The position numbers and the translations under genes are program-made. From Burkholderiales bacterium (GTDB lineage Bacteria > Pseudomonadota > Gammaproteobacteria > Burkholderiales > JAEUOS01), in contig JANLTH010000024.1 in the NCBI GenBank assembly GCA_031362865.1, forward strand, positions 10,985-74,984: a DNA stretch of 64,000 nucleotides, written 5' to 3'. Each line of letters begins with the position of its first letter. The stretch's first letter is position 1. This document shows, piece after piece, positions 36,912 through 49,000 of this stretch. A model generated the notes under the pieces. That model was not told the DNA's origin. It saw nothing but the letters and a program-made list of their open reading frames with translations, and made no database searches.

Positions 36912-39215
36912 ATGAGTACCCTGATCCGTTGGGCTTTGTTCCCGTTTATTTTGTTGGTAGGGCTGATCGCCTCCGGGGCGCTGATCGGCCTGTTCGCGGT
37001 TGGCTGGGCGTATCCGAAGCTACCGCCGGTCGACGCGCTGGCTGACTACAACCCGAAGGTTCCATTGCGGGTTTACTCGGCCGACAATCAGTTAATCGGC
37101 GAATTCGGCGAGGAACGCCGGGCGGTGGTTAAGTTTGAGGACGTGCCGTTGGTCATGCGCCAGGCGATTTTGGCGGCTGAAGACGACCGTTTTTACAGTC
37201 ACAGCGGTGTGGACTACATCGGCGTGCTGCGCGCGGCCATCACCAACCTGACCTCGGGCGGGCGCTCGCAAGGCGCCTCCACCATCACGATGCAGGTGGC
37301 GCGCAACTTTTTTATCTCCAGCGAAAAGACCTACACGCGGAAATTTTACGAGGCCCTACTCGCCTTCAAAATCGAAGCGACCCTCACCAAAGACAAGATT
37401 TTTGAGGTCTATATGAACCAGATTTATCTGGGTCAGCGGGCCTACGGCTTCGCATCTGCCGCGCAAATCTATTTCGGCAAGAAGCTCAAAGACATCTCCC
37501 CAGCCGAAGCGGCCATGTTGGCCGGGCTGCCCAAAGCACCGTCGGCCTACAACCCGGTGGTCAACCCGAAACGCGCGGCGGTGCGCCAGCAGTACATCCT
37601 GGATCGGATGCATACTCTGGGCTACCTGCAAACAGAGCAATATCAAGAAGCCAAAAAAGAGCCGCTGATCGTCAAAAACGAAATCAACGACTTCAGCGCC
37701 AAGGGCGATTACGTTTCAGAAACAGTGCGCCAGCTAGTGTTTGAGCGCTATGGCGAAGAGACCTACACGCGCGGCTTGCGGGTCTACACCACAGTGGTGA
37801 AAGAGCACCAAGATGCCGCCTACGCAGCCGTGCGACGCGGGATTCTCGACTATGAACGCCGCCACGCCTTTCGCGGCCCGGAAGCCTTTGCAGATTTAAA
37901 AGATTTGAAGGAAGAGACGCTCGAAGAGGCGCTGGCCGAGCATCAAGACAGCGACGAGCTCCTCGCCGCCATCGTGACCGAAATCGGCCCTAAATCGGTC
38001 AAGGTGTACAAGCGCCGCGGCGAGTATGTCGACCTCGCAGGAGAAGGCATTAAGTTTGTCGCGCGCGGGCTTGATGCCAAGGCGCAGCCCAACATCAAGC
38101 TCAAAGTCGGTGCCATTTTGCGCATCTACAAAGGCCCGCCCAAAGCCGGTAAGCCTGAGGAATGGCTGACCGCGCAGCTGCCAGAAGTGGAGGCCGCGTT
38201 TGTGGCCGCCGACCCACGCGACGGCGCGATCAAGGCGATGGTGGGTGGGTTTGATTTCAACGCCAATAAATTTAACCGCGTCACCCAGGCCTGGCGGCAA
38301 CCCGGGTCTGCGTTCAAGCCCTTCATTTACTCAGGCTCGCTTGAAAAAGGGCTGACGGCGAGCACTGTGATTAATGATGCGCCGATCTTCATCGACCCGG
38401 CGCTCACTGGGGGCCAGCTCTGGGAGCCGAAGAACTACGACGGCAAGTACGACGGCCCGATGCGCATGCGCCAGGCGCTCACGCGCTCGAAAAACCTGGT
38501 CAGCGTGCGCATCATTCAGCAAATTACGCCCAAGTTCGCGCAGGAATACGCCACCCGCTTTGGTTTTGATGCAGAAAAGCACCCACCATTTCTCACCATG
38601 GCGCTCGGTGCAGGCTCAGTCACGCCCTACCAGATGGTGGGCGGGTACAGCGTATTTGCCAACGGTGGCTATCGCGTCAACCCTTACCTGATCCAGAAAA
38701 TTACCGACGACTCGGGCCGGGTGTTGTTTGAAGCCAAGCCGATCAAGGCGAACGACGAATCCAACCGGGTGATCGACGCGCGCAACGCCTTCATCATGCG
38801 CAGCTTGATGGGCGACGTGGTCAAATTTGGCACGGCAACGCGCGCCATGACCTTAAAGCGCAATGACCTGGCGGGCAAGACCGGCACGACTAACGATCAC
38901 TACGATGCCTGGTTTGCGGGCTTTAACTCCCAGCTCGTCGGCATCGCGTGGATCGGCTTTGACCAACCCAAAAAGCTGGGCGGGCAAGAGACTGGTGGTG
39001 CAGCAGCGCTGCCGATTTGGATCGACTTCATGCGGGTGGCGCTCAAAGGCGTGCCCGACTCGCTGCCTGCGGTTCCCGAGGGTGTGGTCAACATTGGCGG
39101 TGAATACTATTACCGCGAATTTCAGCCGGGCGATGGCGTGACCGGCTTAGGCTTAGGCGATGGCACGCCAGAGTCGCAGGAAAAAGTCGAAGAGATCAAG
39201 AATCAGATCTTTTAG
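36912..39215 (+). CDS. mrcA: Penicillin-binding protein 1A (bifunctional glycosyltransferase/transpeptidase)
   Basis: GT51 motifs (AILAAEDDRFYSHSGVD, RKFYEALLAFKIE) and transpeptidase motifs (SAFKP, KTGTTND). It is divergent from pilM, as in many proteobacteria. Confidence 0.93.
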   Translation: MSTLIRWALFPFILLVGLIASGALIGLFAVGWAYPKLPPVDALADYNPKVPLRVYSADNQLIGEFGEERRAVVKFEDVPLVMRQAILAAEDDRFYSHSGVDYIGVLRAAITNLTSGGRSQGASTITMQVARNFFISSEKTYTRKFYEALLAFKIEATLTKDKIFEVYMNQIYLGQRAYGFASAAQIYFGKKLKDISPAEAAMLAGLPKAPSAYNPVVNPKRAAVRQQYILDRMHTLGYLQTEQYQEAKKEPLIVKNEINDFSAKGDYVSETVRQLVFERYGEETYTRGLRVYTTVVKEHQDAAYAAVRRGILDYERRHAFRGPEAFADLKDLKEETLEEALAEHQDSDELLAAIVTEIGPKSVKVYKRRGEYVDLAGEGIKFVARGLDAKAQPNIKLKVGAILRIYKGPPKAGKPEEWLTAQLPEVEAAFVAADPRDGAIKAMVGGFDFNANKFNRVTQAWRQPGSAFKPFIYSGSLEKGLTASTVINDAPIFIDPALTGGQLWEPKNYDGKYDGPMRMRQALTRSKNLVSVRIIQQITPKFAQEYATRFGFDAEKHPPFLTMALGAGSVTPYQMVGGYSVFANGGYRVNPYLIQKITDDSGRVLFEAKPIKANDESNRVIDARNAFIMRSLMGDVVKFGTATRAMTLKRNDLAGKTGTTNDHYDAWFAGFNSQLVGIAWIGFDQPKKLGGQETGGAAALPIWIDFMRVALKGVPDSLPAVPEGVVNIGGEYYYREFQPGDGVTGLGLGDGTPESQEKVEEIKNQIF

Positions 39216-39313
39216 AGATCGGGCATCGGCGGTCGGGGCTTGCTGCCCGGGAACGCTTTCCGGGTGGACATTTCCGTACAGGCTCGTTGTAAAAGCTTAT
39301 CTGATGCGGCCCT

Positions 39314-40996
39314 TCAGGCAGATGCCTTGGAAAGCATTGCCAGTGCTAGCGCTTCAGCCACCTTGATGCCGTCTATTGCGGCTGACATAATGCCGCCGGC
39401 GTAGCCCGCGCCTTCACCCGCCGGGTACAAGCCACGGGTGTTGATGCTCTCAAATTTGCGCTCATGGCGCTCGTCATGCCGCTTGATCCGGATCGGCGAT
39501 GAGGTACGCGTTTCCACGCCGGTTAGCATCGCGTCGGGCATGTCGTAACCCCAAATCTGCCGCCCAAATACCGGTAGCGCCTCGCGGATCGCGGCAATCG
39601 CGTAGCCGGGCAAGGCTGGGGCCAGATTGGTCAGGTGCACGCCCGGTTTGTAGGAAGGCAAAACCTCGCCAAACGCGCTACTGGATTGGTTCTTCAAGTA
39701 ATCGCCCACCAACTGACCAGGCGCTTCATAGGTACTGCCGCCCAGCGTGTAGGCCGTGCTTTCGAGGGCGCGCTGAAACGCGATCCCCGCCAACGCATGC
39801 CCGTGCTGGGCCTGATCGACCAGTGGCTTGCCCGCCGCGTCAAAATCGAAGTCGCCCGGGTTGATCCCCACCACAATCCCGGCGTTGGCGTTGCGCTCAT
39901 TGCGCGAATATTGGCTCATGCCATTGGTGACCACCCGGCCGACTTCGGAGGTCGCCGCCACCACGGTGCCGCCCGGACACATACAAAAGCTGTACACCGA
40001 GCGGCCGTTGCTCGCATGATGGACCAGCTTGTAGTCGGCCGCGCCCAGCATCTTGTGCCCGGCAAACGGGCCAAAGCGGGCGCGGTCGATCAGTCCCTGC
40101 GGGTGCTCAATCCGAAATCCTACAGAAAATGGTTTGGCCTCCACGTACACGCCGCGATCAAACAGCATCTGGAAGGTATCCCGAGCGCTGTGGCCAATCG
40201 CCAGCACCACCTGTGAGGTGTCGATTTGCGCGCCGCTGTCCAGCGTGAGGCCACGCACCGCGCCGTTTTCAATCCGCAAATCGGTCACGCGGCTTTGAAA
40301 GCGGAATTCGCCGCCCAGGCCCTCAATCGTCGCCCGCAAACTTTCCACCACTTTGACCAATCGAAACGTGCCCACATGCGGCTTGCTGACGTGCAAAATC
40401 TCTTCGGGCGCACCGGCACTGACCATCTCTTCGAGCACTTTGCGGCCATGAAACAGCGGGTCTTTGACCTGGCTCCATAGCTTGCCGTCAGAGAAAGTGC
40501 CAGCCCCCCCTTCGCCAAATTGCACATTGCTTTCGGGCTGCAATTGGCTTTTGCGCCAAAAGCCCCACGTGTCTTTTGTGCGCTCGCGCACGATCTTGCC
40601 GCGTTCGAGCACAATCGGTCGAAAACCCATCTGCGCCAAGGTGAGCGCGGCAAATAAACCGCACGGGCCGGTACCGATCACCACGGGTCGCTCTTGCAAG
40701 CCCGGCGGTGCCTGAGCGACTAACTGGTAACGTGTATCAGGGCATGAAGAAGCATGCTGGACGCGGCTCTTCAAGGCATCTGTCGCAGCCTGGTCGAGCC
40801 GCAAAACAACATTAAGCGTGTAAATAAAGTGAATCGACGATTTTTTTCGTGCGTCGTAGGCGCGGCGAAAGATCGTGAACCCCTCCAACTGCGCGAGGGG
40901 CAGCCCCAATCGACTCAAAATCGCCAGCTGGAGCGCGTCTTCAGAGTGGTCAAGCGGCAGTTTGACCTCGGTCAGCCGCAGAAGTGATTTGGTCAT
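39314..40996 (-). CDS. FAD-dependent oxidoreductase (COG2509-like uncharacterised dehydrogenase)
   Basis: VVIGTGPCGLFAALTLA dinucleotide motif. ATG 40996 chosen (MTKSLLRLTEVKLPLDH). Confidence 0.75.
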   Translation of the reverse strand: MTKSLLRLTEVKLPLDHSEDALQLAILSRLGLPLAQLEGFTIFRRAYDARKKSSIHFIYTLNVVLRLDQAATDALKSRVQHASSCPDTRYQLVAQAPPGLQERPVVIGTGPCGLFAALTLAQMGFRPIVLERGKIVRERTKDTWGFWRKSQLQPESNVQFGEGGAGTFSDGKLWSQVKDPLFHGRKVLEEMVSAGAPEEILHVSKPHVGTFRLVKVVESLRATIEGLGGEFRFQSRVTDLRIENGAVRGLTLDSGAQIDTSQVVLAIGHSARDTFQMLFDRGVYVEAKPFSVGFRIEHPQGLIDRARFGPFAGHKMLGAADYKLVHHASNGRSVYSFCMCPGGTVVAATSEVGRVVTNGMSQYSRNERNANAGIVVGINPGDFDFDAAGKPLVDQAQHGHALAGIAFQRALESTAYTLGGSTYEAPGQLVGDYLKNQSSSAFGEVLPSYKPGVHLTNLAPALPGYAIAAIREALPVFGRQIWGYDMPDAMLTGVETRTSSPIRIKRHDERHERKFESINTRGLYPAGEGAGYAGGIMSAAIDGIKVAEALALAMLSKASA

Positions 40997-41183
40997 GGCG
41001 TGGGGGAGGCGGCCTGCACGGCCGCAAAACGCTGAGAATCCGAGCATTCTAAATGCCCTTGCTGGGGGAAGACAAAGCCGGGTCGCTGCCGCTACAATCT
41101 GCAAATCAACTTGAAGTACTTGTTTTTCCGCAGGTTTTTGCTGGATTTCGTCAGATTTTGTCGGATTGCTCAACCTAAACACC

Positions 41184-42848
41184 ATGACTCCAACCCGCAA
41201 ATCCCTGCGCCCGCTGGCAGCATCGCTGCTTGCAGTGGCGCTTAGTTTGACCGCTGGGCAGCCGGTCTACGCCCAAGCGCCGCCGGCTGCGGCCCCCGCC
41301 GACGAGCGGTTTGCCATCAACGCCTTTAAGGTCGAAGGCAACAGCATTCTCTCCACCGCTGAGGTCGATGCCGCCGTCACGCCGTTTGCTGGCCAATCTA
41401 AGGTGTACGGCGACATTCAAAAAGCTCTGGAATCGCTCGAACGCGCTTATCGGGCTCGCGGTTACGCGGCGGTGCAGGTGTTCTTGCCCGAGCAAACGAT
41501 TGATTCTGGCACGGTGCGCATCACGGTGGTCGAAGCCAAACTATCGAAAGTTGAGATCAAAGGTAACGTGCATTTTGACGAAGCCAATATCCGCAGCTCT
41601 CTGCCTTCACTGTACGTGGGCCATACGCCCAACACGCTCGCAATCTCATCGGCGGTACGTGCCGCAAATGAAAATCCGGCGCGGCAGGTTGATGTGGTGC
41701 TCGGTGTGGGTGCGAAAGAAGACGAAGTCACCGCCGAAGTACAGGTGACCGACTACAGCCCGTTCAAGATTTTCTTCACGCTCGACAACACCGGCAGCTC
41801 TTCCACCGGCAAGACCCGGCTCTCTGCGGGCCTGCAACACGCAAACCTGTTTAACGCCGACCACGTGCTCACCGCACAGTACACAACATCGCCTGAAAAG
41901 CCAAGCCAGGTAAGCATCTTCAGCTTGGGCTATCGAATTCCGCTGTACTCCTGGGGCGGTGCGGTCGATGCCTTCGCCGCCAAATCGAATGTCAGCTCCG
42001 GCACCACCGCCACCGTGGCGGGGCCGCTTTCCTTTACTGGCAAAGGCGACATTCTGGGCGTGCGCTACAACCACTATCTGCCACGCATCGGTGAATACAC
42101 CCACAAAGTGATTGCCGGCATTGACTACCGCGCCTTCAAGAATGATTGCACCTTGGGCGCTTTTGGGGCCGCAGGCTGCGGCGGCGCAGCTTATCCGGTC
42201 ACGCTTAAACCCCTCTCGCTCACGTATTACGGCGAATGGACTGGTGTCGGGCGACAAACCGGCTTTAATGTCGGTGTCGCCCACAATTTCGGCAATGGCA
42301 GCAATGGCAACGACACCGCCTTCAACCTAGTCAAAGGCGGCGGCATTGGCAATACGCCCACTTTTACCGGGATGCGGGCGCGCTACACCATTTTGCGCGG
42401 CGGGGTCTCGCATGTGCAGGTGCTCCCGGCCGATTTGCAGTTGCGCGGCGGGGTCTCGTTTCAAGTCGCCAACCAAGCACTCGTGCCGCAAGAACAGTTT
42501 GGCTTCGCAGGTTCTACCGCTGTGCGTGGCTTCACCGAGCGCGAAGTGGCGCGCGACAAGGGCTACTACGGCAACCTGGAACTCTATGGCCCAGATTGGG
42601 GCAAAGCCTTGGGCGAAGGCGTGAGCCTGCGGGTGTTGGGCTTTTACGACTTCGGCGCCGGCTCAAGTTACTCCTACGGCGGCACTGCTACGCCCCGCGA
42701 AGGCATCTCGAGTGCCGGGCTGGGCCTGCGCGTTTCAGTTGGCCGCCTGCTCACCGTTCGTGGCGACATCGGGCGTGTGCTCAACGCCGGCGGCGCTCAG
42801 GGCCGGGGCGATACCCGCGGCCATGTCTCGATGTCGCTCTCGTTCTAG
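41184..42848 (+). CDS. Two-partner secretion outer-membrane transporter (TpsB; ShlB/FhaC/HecB family)
   Basis: Signal peptide, POTRA-like FAINAFKVEGNSILSTAEVDAAVTPFAG...LERAYRARGY, and a C-terminal beta-barrel ending in ...HVSMSLSF. It sits directly upstream of a TPS-domain exoprotein. Confidence 0.88.
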   Translation: MTPTRKSLRPLAASLLAVALSLTAGQPVYAQAPPAAAPADERFAINAFKVEGNSILSTAEVDAAVTPFAGQSKVYGDIQKALESLERAYRARGYAAVQVFLPEQTIDSGTVRITVVEAKLSKVEIKGNVHFDEANIRSSLPSLYVGHTPNTLAISSAVRAANENPARQVDVVLGVGAKEDEVTAEVQVTDYSPFKIFFTLDNTGSSSTGKTRLSAGLQHANLFNADHVLTAQYTTSPEKPSQVSIFSLGYRIPLYSWGGAVDAFAAKSNVSSGTTATVAGPLSFTGKGDILGVRYNHYLPRIGEYTHKVIAGIDYRAFKNDCTLGAFGAAGCGGAAYPVTLKPLSLTYYGEWTGVGRQTGFNVGVAHNFGNGSNGNDTAFNLVKGGGIGNTPTFTGMRARYTILRGGVSHVQVLPADLQLRGGVSFQVANQALVPQEQFGFAGSTAVRGFTEREVARDKGYYGNLELYGPDWGKALGEGVSLRVLGFYDFGAGSSYSYGGTATPREGISSAGLGLRVSVGRLLTVRGDIGRVLNAGGAQGRGDTRGHVSMSLSF

Positions 42849-43034
42849 AGGCTTGCCCGCAACGCCACCGTGCAGCTTGGGCCTTTTACCTTCGCACAAT
42901 CTCTTACCCAAAATTAGCGAACTGTTCCGCGCGCCGTGTGATTTTGTTCCTGTACGCACCAGCAATATCGCGTTGTAATGAAAAGTGCCATCGTTTCGTA
43001 CCCCGTTGTTGACGCATTCTGACTCGAAAAGCAG

Positions 43035-46000
43035 GTGAATTCGATGAAAAGCTCCTCCCCAATTCTTTCTCTTTCCATCCGCATCCCTGCAAAGCCGCAG
43101 CAACGCCAGCGCCTCAAGCTGCATGCGCTCGCAGTTGCCGCGGCGTTCTCCAGCACCGTGATTGCCCCGGGGGCACTGGCCAATCCAACCGGGCCGCAGG
43201 TGGTCGCAGGCCAGGCCACGGTAAATGCCGCCGGGGCCAATCTGACCGTGACCAACACCGCCGGCGCGGTGCTCAACTGGCAGAGCTTTTCCATCGGCGC
43301 GAAGGAAACCACCAAATTTGTTCAGCCGAACGCGCAAAGCGCCGTGCTCAACCGCGTGGTTGGCATCAACGGCGCGGTTGATCCCTCGGTGATTGCGGGA
43401 CAGTTGCAGTCCAACGGCAAAGTGTTTCTCATCAACCCGCAAGGCATCGTGTTCGGCGCGGGGTCTAAGGTCGATGTGGGTGGTTTGGTGGCCTCCACCC
43501 TCGACATTTCCAACCAAGACTTTCAAGCCGGGCGGATCAACCTCAAAGCCGGGCCAAACGGCGCGGGTGTCGTGAAAGTGGACGCGGGGGCCAATATCGC
43601 CACCCCCACCGGCGGGCAAGTGTATTTAGTCGGCAAAGATGTCAGCAACAGCGGCATCATCCGCACCCCGCAAGGCCAAGTGATTCTGGCGGCGGGCAGC
43701 GAAGTGCAGATTCTCGACACCTCCACGCCGGGCGTGCGCGTGGTGTTCAAGGCGGACAACAACAAAGCCGAGAATTTGGGCGAAATTTCTGCCGGTTCTG
43801 GCCAAGTCGGCCTGTATGGCGCGGCGCTGCGCAACAAAGGCATCATCAACGCCGACCAAATTTCGCGCGACGCGCAAGGGCGCATTGTGCTCAAGGCCAC
43901 CAAATCGGTCACGCTTGAGTCAGGCAGCACGATCACCGCCAATGGCGCGCAAGGCGGCACGATTTCGATCACCGCTGACGGCGTAGCCGGGCAGCAAGCG
44001 ATCAAGGTCGAGGGAAATACGCTCACCAGCGCCAACGGACAAGCGGGGGCGGGCGGCGTGGTCACGCTGCGTGCGGCGGCGGGGCTCATCAACGTCGATC
44101 AAGGTGCGATCATCACCGCCAACGGTGCCCCCGGGGGTACGGTACTGATTCAAGCAAACCAAGGCCGGGCAACGGTTTCCGGCGAAGTGAGCGCTCGCGG
44201 TATCGCACCGGTGCAAACCACCCTATTCAAGCCCGCCGCTTCGCAAATCAGCGTGAGCGGTGGCGATGTTGTCGTCGGCACGATGCCATCGAGCAGTGAA
44301 ACCGTCGCACCGGTTGCGGCGAGCCACGCCATTGGCGGCACGGTACACGTGCTAGGTGTCGAGGTGGGTGTCTACGGCTCGGGCGCTCTGATTGACGCCT
44401 CCGGCCCCGCCGGTGGCGGCACCGTGCTGGTGGGCGGTGACTTTCAAGGCAAAAACGCCAGCGTGCAAAACGCGCGCGGTACGTATTTTGGGGCGGATGC
44501 CACGATCAAGGCTGACGCGACCCTCACCGGTGCCGGTGGCACGGTGATCGTCTGGGCGGACGTTTCCACCCACGCGCACGGCAGCATCGACGTGCGCGGC
44601 GGCGCGAGTGGCGGTAATGGCGGTTTTGTTGAAACCTCCGGCAAAGAGTATTTGTTGGCGACTCGCGCGCCGCTCATCAACGCCAGGCATTCGCAAAGCG
44701 TACACGGGCAGTGGTTGTTGGATCCGGATGACTTGACCATTTCAGCGGCGGGGGACTCCGGTCTCGTCGGAACGCCGCCCACCTATACTTCAGGCGGTGC
44801 GCCCTCCAATTTGTCGGTAGCCACACTCAACGCCGCGCTGGATGCAGGCGGCAACGTCACGGCGACCGCCGGTAACGCGATTACCGTCGCCGCCAACATC
44901 ACGAAATCGACCGGGGCCGACTCGACACTGGTTCTCAGTGCCGGCAATGGTGTCGCGATTAGCGGCGGTGTCGCGATCTCCTCGTCGTCCAACAAGCTCA
45001 ACTTCACGGCCTACGGCGGTGCCACCGGTGGAGTCAGTTTCCTCACGGGGGCCTCACTCAATACCAACAATGGCGACGTGTTGTTGGTTGGCAACAGCAA
45101 TACCACCGAAGGCGTGCGGATTGATGGCGCGAACATTACCGCTGGCACCGGCACCATCACGATGAGTGGCGTGACTACGGTTGTAGCGGCGGCGCACGGG
45201 GTCGAGATCAAGGGTGGCAGCCAGATTACTGGCGCGACGATCACCCTCAATGGCACCGGCAACGCCAATTTCACTGCGGCAAGTCAAGGTGTCAACATCG
45301 ACGGTGCGACCACGTTGGTAGAGTCCACCGGTGCGATGACAATCGTCGGCGTTGCCAATGCCTCGTCTAATAGTCACGGCGTTTTTGTGCAAAACGCAAC
45401 CCTACGCGCCACTGGATCCGGGCTGCTGAGCGTCTCCGGGAGCGCCGCCACCGGAAGCGGCAACCACGGAGTCTTCCTGTTGGGAAACGCGCTCATACAA
45501 GCTTCCGGCACAGGCGCGCTGACCGTTCAGGGAAGCGCGCATGCCACGGCGACTAACTCTGACGGCGTGCGCGTTGGCGGTAGCAGTACCATCGGCATCA
45601 ATAACGTCGGCAGTACGGCTCTGCTCACGGTTTCCGGCTACGGCGGTGACGGCACTGGCGGCGGCAATTCAGGCGTGTCCGTGCTCACCACCGGCACCGT
45701 ATCGCATCAGGGCTCGGGGGGAGTGTCACTGATCGGAAACATCGGCAATGGCAGTGGCGCGAATAGCACCGGTGTCTTGGTTGACGGTTCAGGGGCGGTG
45801 AACTCGTCCGGCAATCTCACTATCAACGGTCAGACATCTGCCAACGCGGCGGCTGGTCGTCACGGGGTGAAACTGGGAACAAGTTCGGTTGTGCAGGCCC
45901 AGAACGGCCAATTGCTGCTGGTAGGGAGCAGCTTTGGTACCGGCGTTGGAAACCACGGCATCTACATCACCGGAGCTGCCCAGGCTATCGCGCTGGGTAC

Positions 46001-49000
46001 GGGCACCATCAGCGCCCAAGGTAGCGGCGCTCAAATCGCCAACGGCGGTTACAACATTTTCATCGACAGCACCGCCCCCTCAGCGCTGTCAAGCGCCGGC
46101 CAAAACATCGCACTCGCGGCGCAAACCATGAATATTGCGGGCAACATCAATGCCGGCAGCGGGCGCGTGACGCTTAAGCCCCTGGTGACGACGACACCGA
46201 TTGACTTAGGCGGTGCCGATTCGCCAGCCGGATTGGGCCTCACCAGCGCGGAACTCAATCGAGTGACAGCAGGCGTACTGCAAATCGGCTCGGCCGGCTA
46301 TTCAGGTGGCATCACCATCACCACCGCGATTGGTCCGACTGGCACCAGCACACTCAATCTGAACAATCCCGGCGGCACGATCACACAGACCACCGGTTCG
46401 CTGACGATCAACTCGCTGCACGTGGATGGGCTCATAGTGAACCTGGGCAGCACCTCGAATAGCATCCAAAATTTGGCGGCGCGCGCGCAAGGCGCAGGCG
46501 GAGCGGCGCTCCAGGTGGGCAGCAGCGCCAACTTATTTCTGACCACCGTGGATTCAATGTCCAACGTCGAGCATGTATCCGCGCACACCGGCAATATCAC
46601 GGTTCTGTCTGGCGCTTCCGTTTCCCAGAGCGGCACCGGAAATATTCTGACCAATGGCGGCAGGCTCACGGCGACAATTTCCTCCGGGCCAGGTGCGGTG
46701 ACCCTAACGAACGCAGGCAACGCAGTCAGCCGACTGTACGGCAGCACCCAGGGCGGGAATTTCACCTTTTCCAACGGCGGGTCATTCACTGTCGGAGACG
46801 CGGCCGCGGTCGCCTCGTCCATCAACACCTCAGGTGGCAGTGTCACCATTTCGGCGCTCTCCGGCAATGTGACGCTGGCGGCCGCCCCGGGTTCCAACAC
46901 CATCAACTCGCAAAGCGGTATCGGTCAGGTGGTGCTCAATGCCACCGGTGGTTCGATCAATGTCGATGGCGGTATTTCGGTTCCCGGAACCGGGTCGATT
47001 GGCCTCAATGCACTCACCAGCATCACCGTCACGCGCGGCATCGCGACCTCGGGTGCCGGCAGTGTGTTGCTCACCGCCACGAGCGCGGGCGGGGCGATCA
47101 GCATCACTGGTGCCAACGGGACGATCAACACGGCCACTGGCGGCGGTGCGGTTCAGTTGGCAGGCGACAACATCGCGATCAGTACCGGGGCCACGGTTGA
47201 CGCAGGGGTTGCTGGCACGGTGACCCTTAAGCCCTACGATCCAACTCGGCAAATCACGGTGGGCCCGATGCTGGGGGTTGGATTGGTGCTCACAAACGCG
47301 ACGCTCGCGGCCATTGCTGCACCGCAGGGCCTGTATTTGGGCGGTGCGTCACAAACCGGTGACATCACCTTCGATGGGGCGGTCATTCCCTTAGCCACCA
47401 CCAATGCACTGTTCGTTCACCAGGCGGCGGGCGGGGCGGGTGCAATCAACTTTAGCGGGCCGTCGGCGACGATACTGGCGCTCAGTGGCGCTAATGCCGA
47501 CTTCGATGCCGGGATGGGCGGGATCACCCAGTTGCCGAGCGTTGCTACCGCAATCAACGGCGCGGGCATCGTGAAACTCAACACCACCGGCTCGATCGGC
47601 TCCGTGGCCCAGGCGCTCAAGTTTGGCGCGACGGCTCCGACTTCTGTGGTGGTTGGCAACTCCATCATGCCGCTTAACGTTTACGTCAGCGGCGTGAATG
47701 ACTTGACCATGGGAGCAATTCAGAATCGTGGCGAGTTGTTTGTGGCGGCGAACGGCAATGTCACGCTCGCGGGCGCGGTGGTGATGCAAACCACCACAGG
47801 TTCAGGCTTGTTCCGCGCAGATTTTGATAACAACGGCATCGGTACGCTCACGGTGCAGCAACCGATCAGCACGTTGAGCAGCGCCCACGTTTTCGATGGC
47901 ACTGGTTCGCTCACCGCGAACAACCCGGCCCTCGTTTTCATCGGTGCAGACATGGTGATCAACAACACTGTCACGGCCGCGCTTAATGGTGACATCTCCG
48001 TGCGCCCCAGTGGCATCGGTCGCACGATTGGACTCGGCAGCGCGGTGGGGGCCAATTTCACGCTCGACAACGCCGAAATCGCCCAGTTCTCGCTCTCGTC
48101 CAGCCTTCCCGAGGGCGGGCAGTTCATTATTGGCGCGGCCTCAGCGACCTCCGGTGCGATGACGATGGATGCAGCCAATTTCGGCAGCCGGAAAGTCACA
48201 CTGATCTCGCAAAGCACGATTGACGATACAGCCGCAGGCCAAGGTGCCTCAACCTCCGGCCAGATCAATATTCTGGCCAGTGGTGTCATCGGCGGGGCCA
48301 GTGGTGGTGGCGATGGCCTGACTCTGGGCACGCCCGAGCTCCGGGTTTCCGGCTCGGGCGGCAACAACATCACGATCAAAGCATCCGGAGTAACGAACCT
48401 GACCGTTCGCGCATTAAAAACTGGCGGTGGCGGCAATATTGCGCTCTCCTCGCTAACCTCCATCATCTTGAATGGCAGGGCCGGTTTTCTTGGGGAGAGC
48501 ATCGGCACAACCGGTGCGCTGTCGATCAGCAGCGCCGGCAGCATCAGCCAGATCGCTGCGAACATCTCCGCCACGACGCTTGCGACCACGTCGGTCGGCG
48601 GCACGATGATTAATGGCATCACGGCGACCAACAACTTCTTGAGCTACAGCGGCAGCAACACTGGCGCTGGCGGGATTGCGGTTGTAGACAGTGTCGCCTC
48701 GTTAAACGTCGGGGCAATCACTAACGCTGGCGCTGGGAGCATCAGCCTTGAGAACAAGTCCGGTGGCTTGATCCTGACCGGCGCAATCAGCAACCCTGGC
48801 GGACTGGTGAGCCTGCTGGCCACCGGCTCGATCAATGAGTCCACCGGATCGATCACGGCACTCGATTTGTTTGCCCAAACGCGCAACAATACAGCCGCGG
48901 CGATTTTCCTGACTGGCGCTAACGATGTGACCAATGTCGCTTTGCGCACCATGAACGCGGCGGCCGACGCAGTGGTTGCAGCACCGATCCATTTCACCGA

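Noticed and set aside
42735-43619. 294-aa minus-strand ORF spanning the tpsB end, the intergenic region and the tpsA start
   Set aside because: It overlaps two well-supported plus-strand genes and has no recognisable domain.
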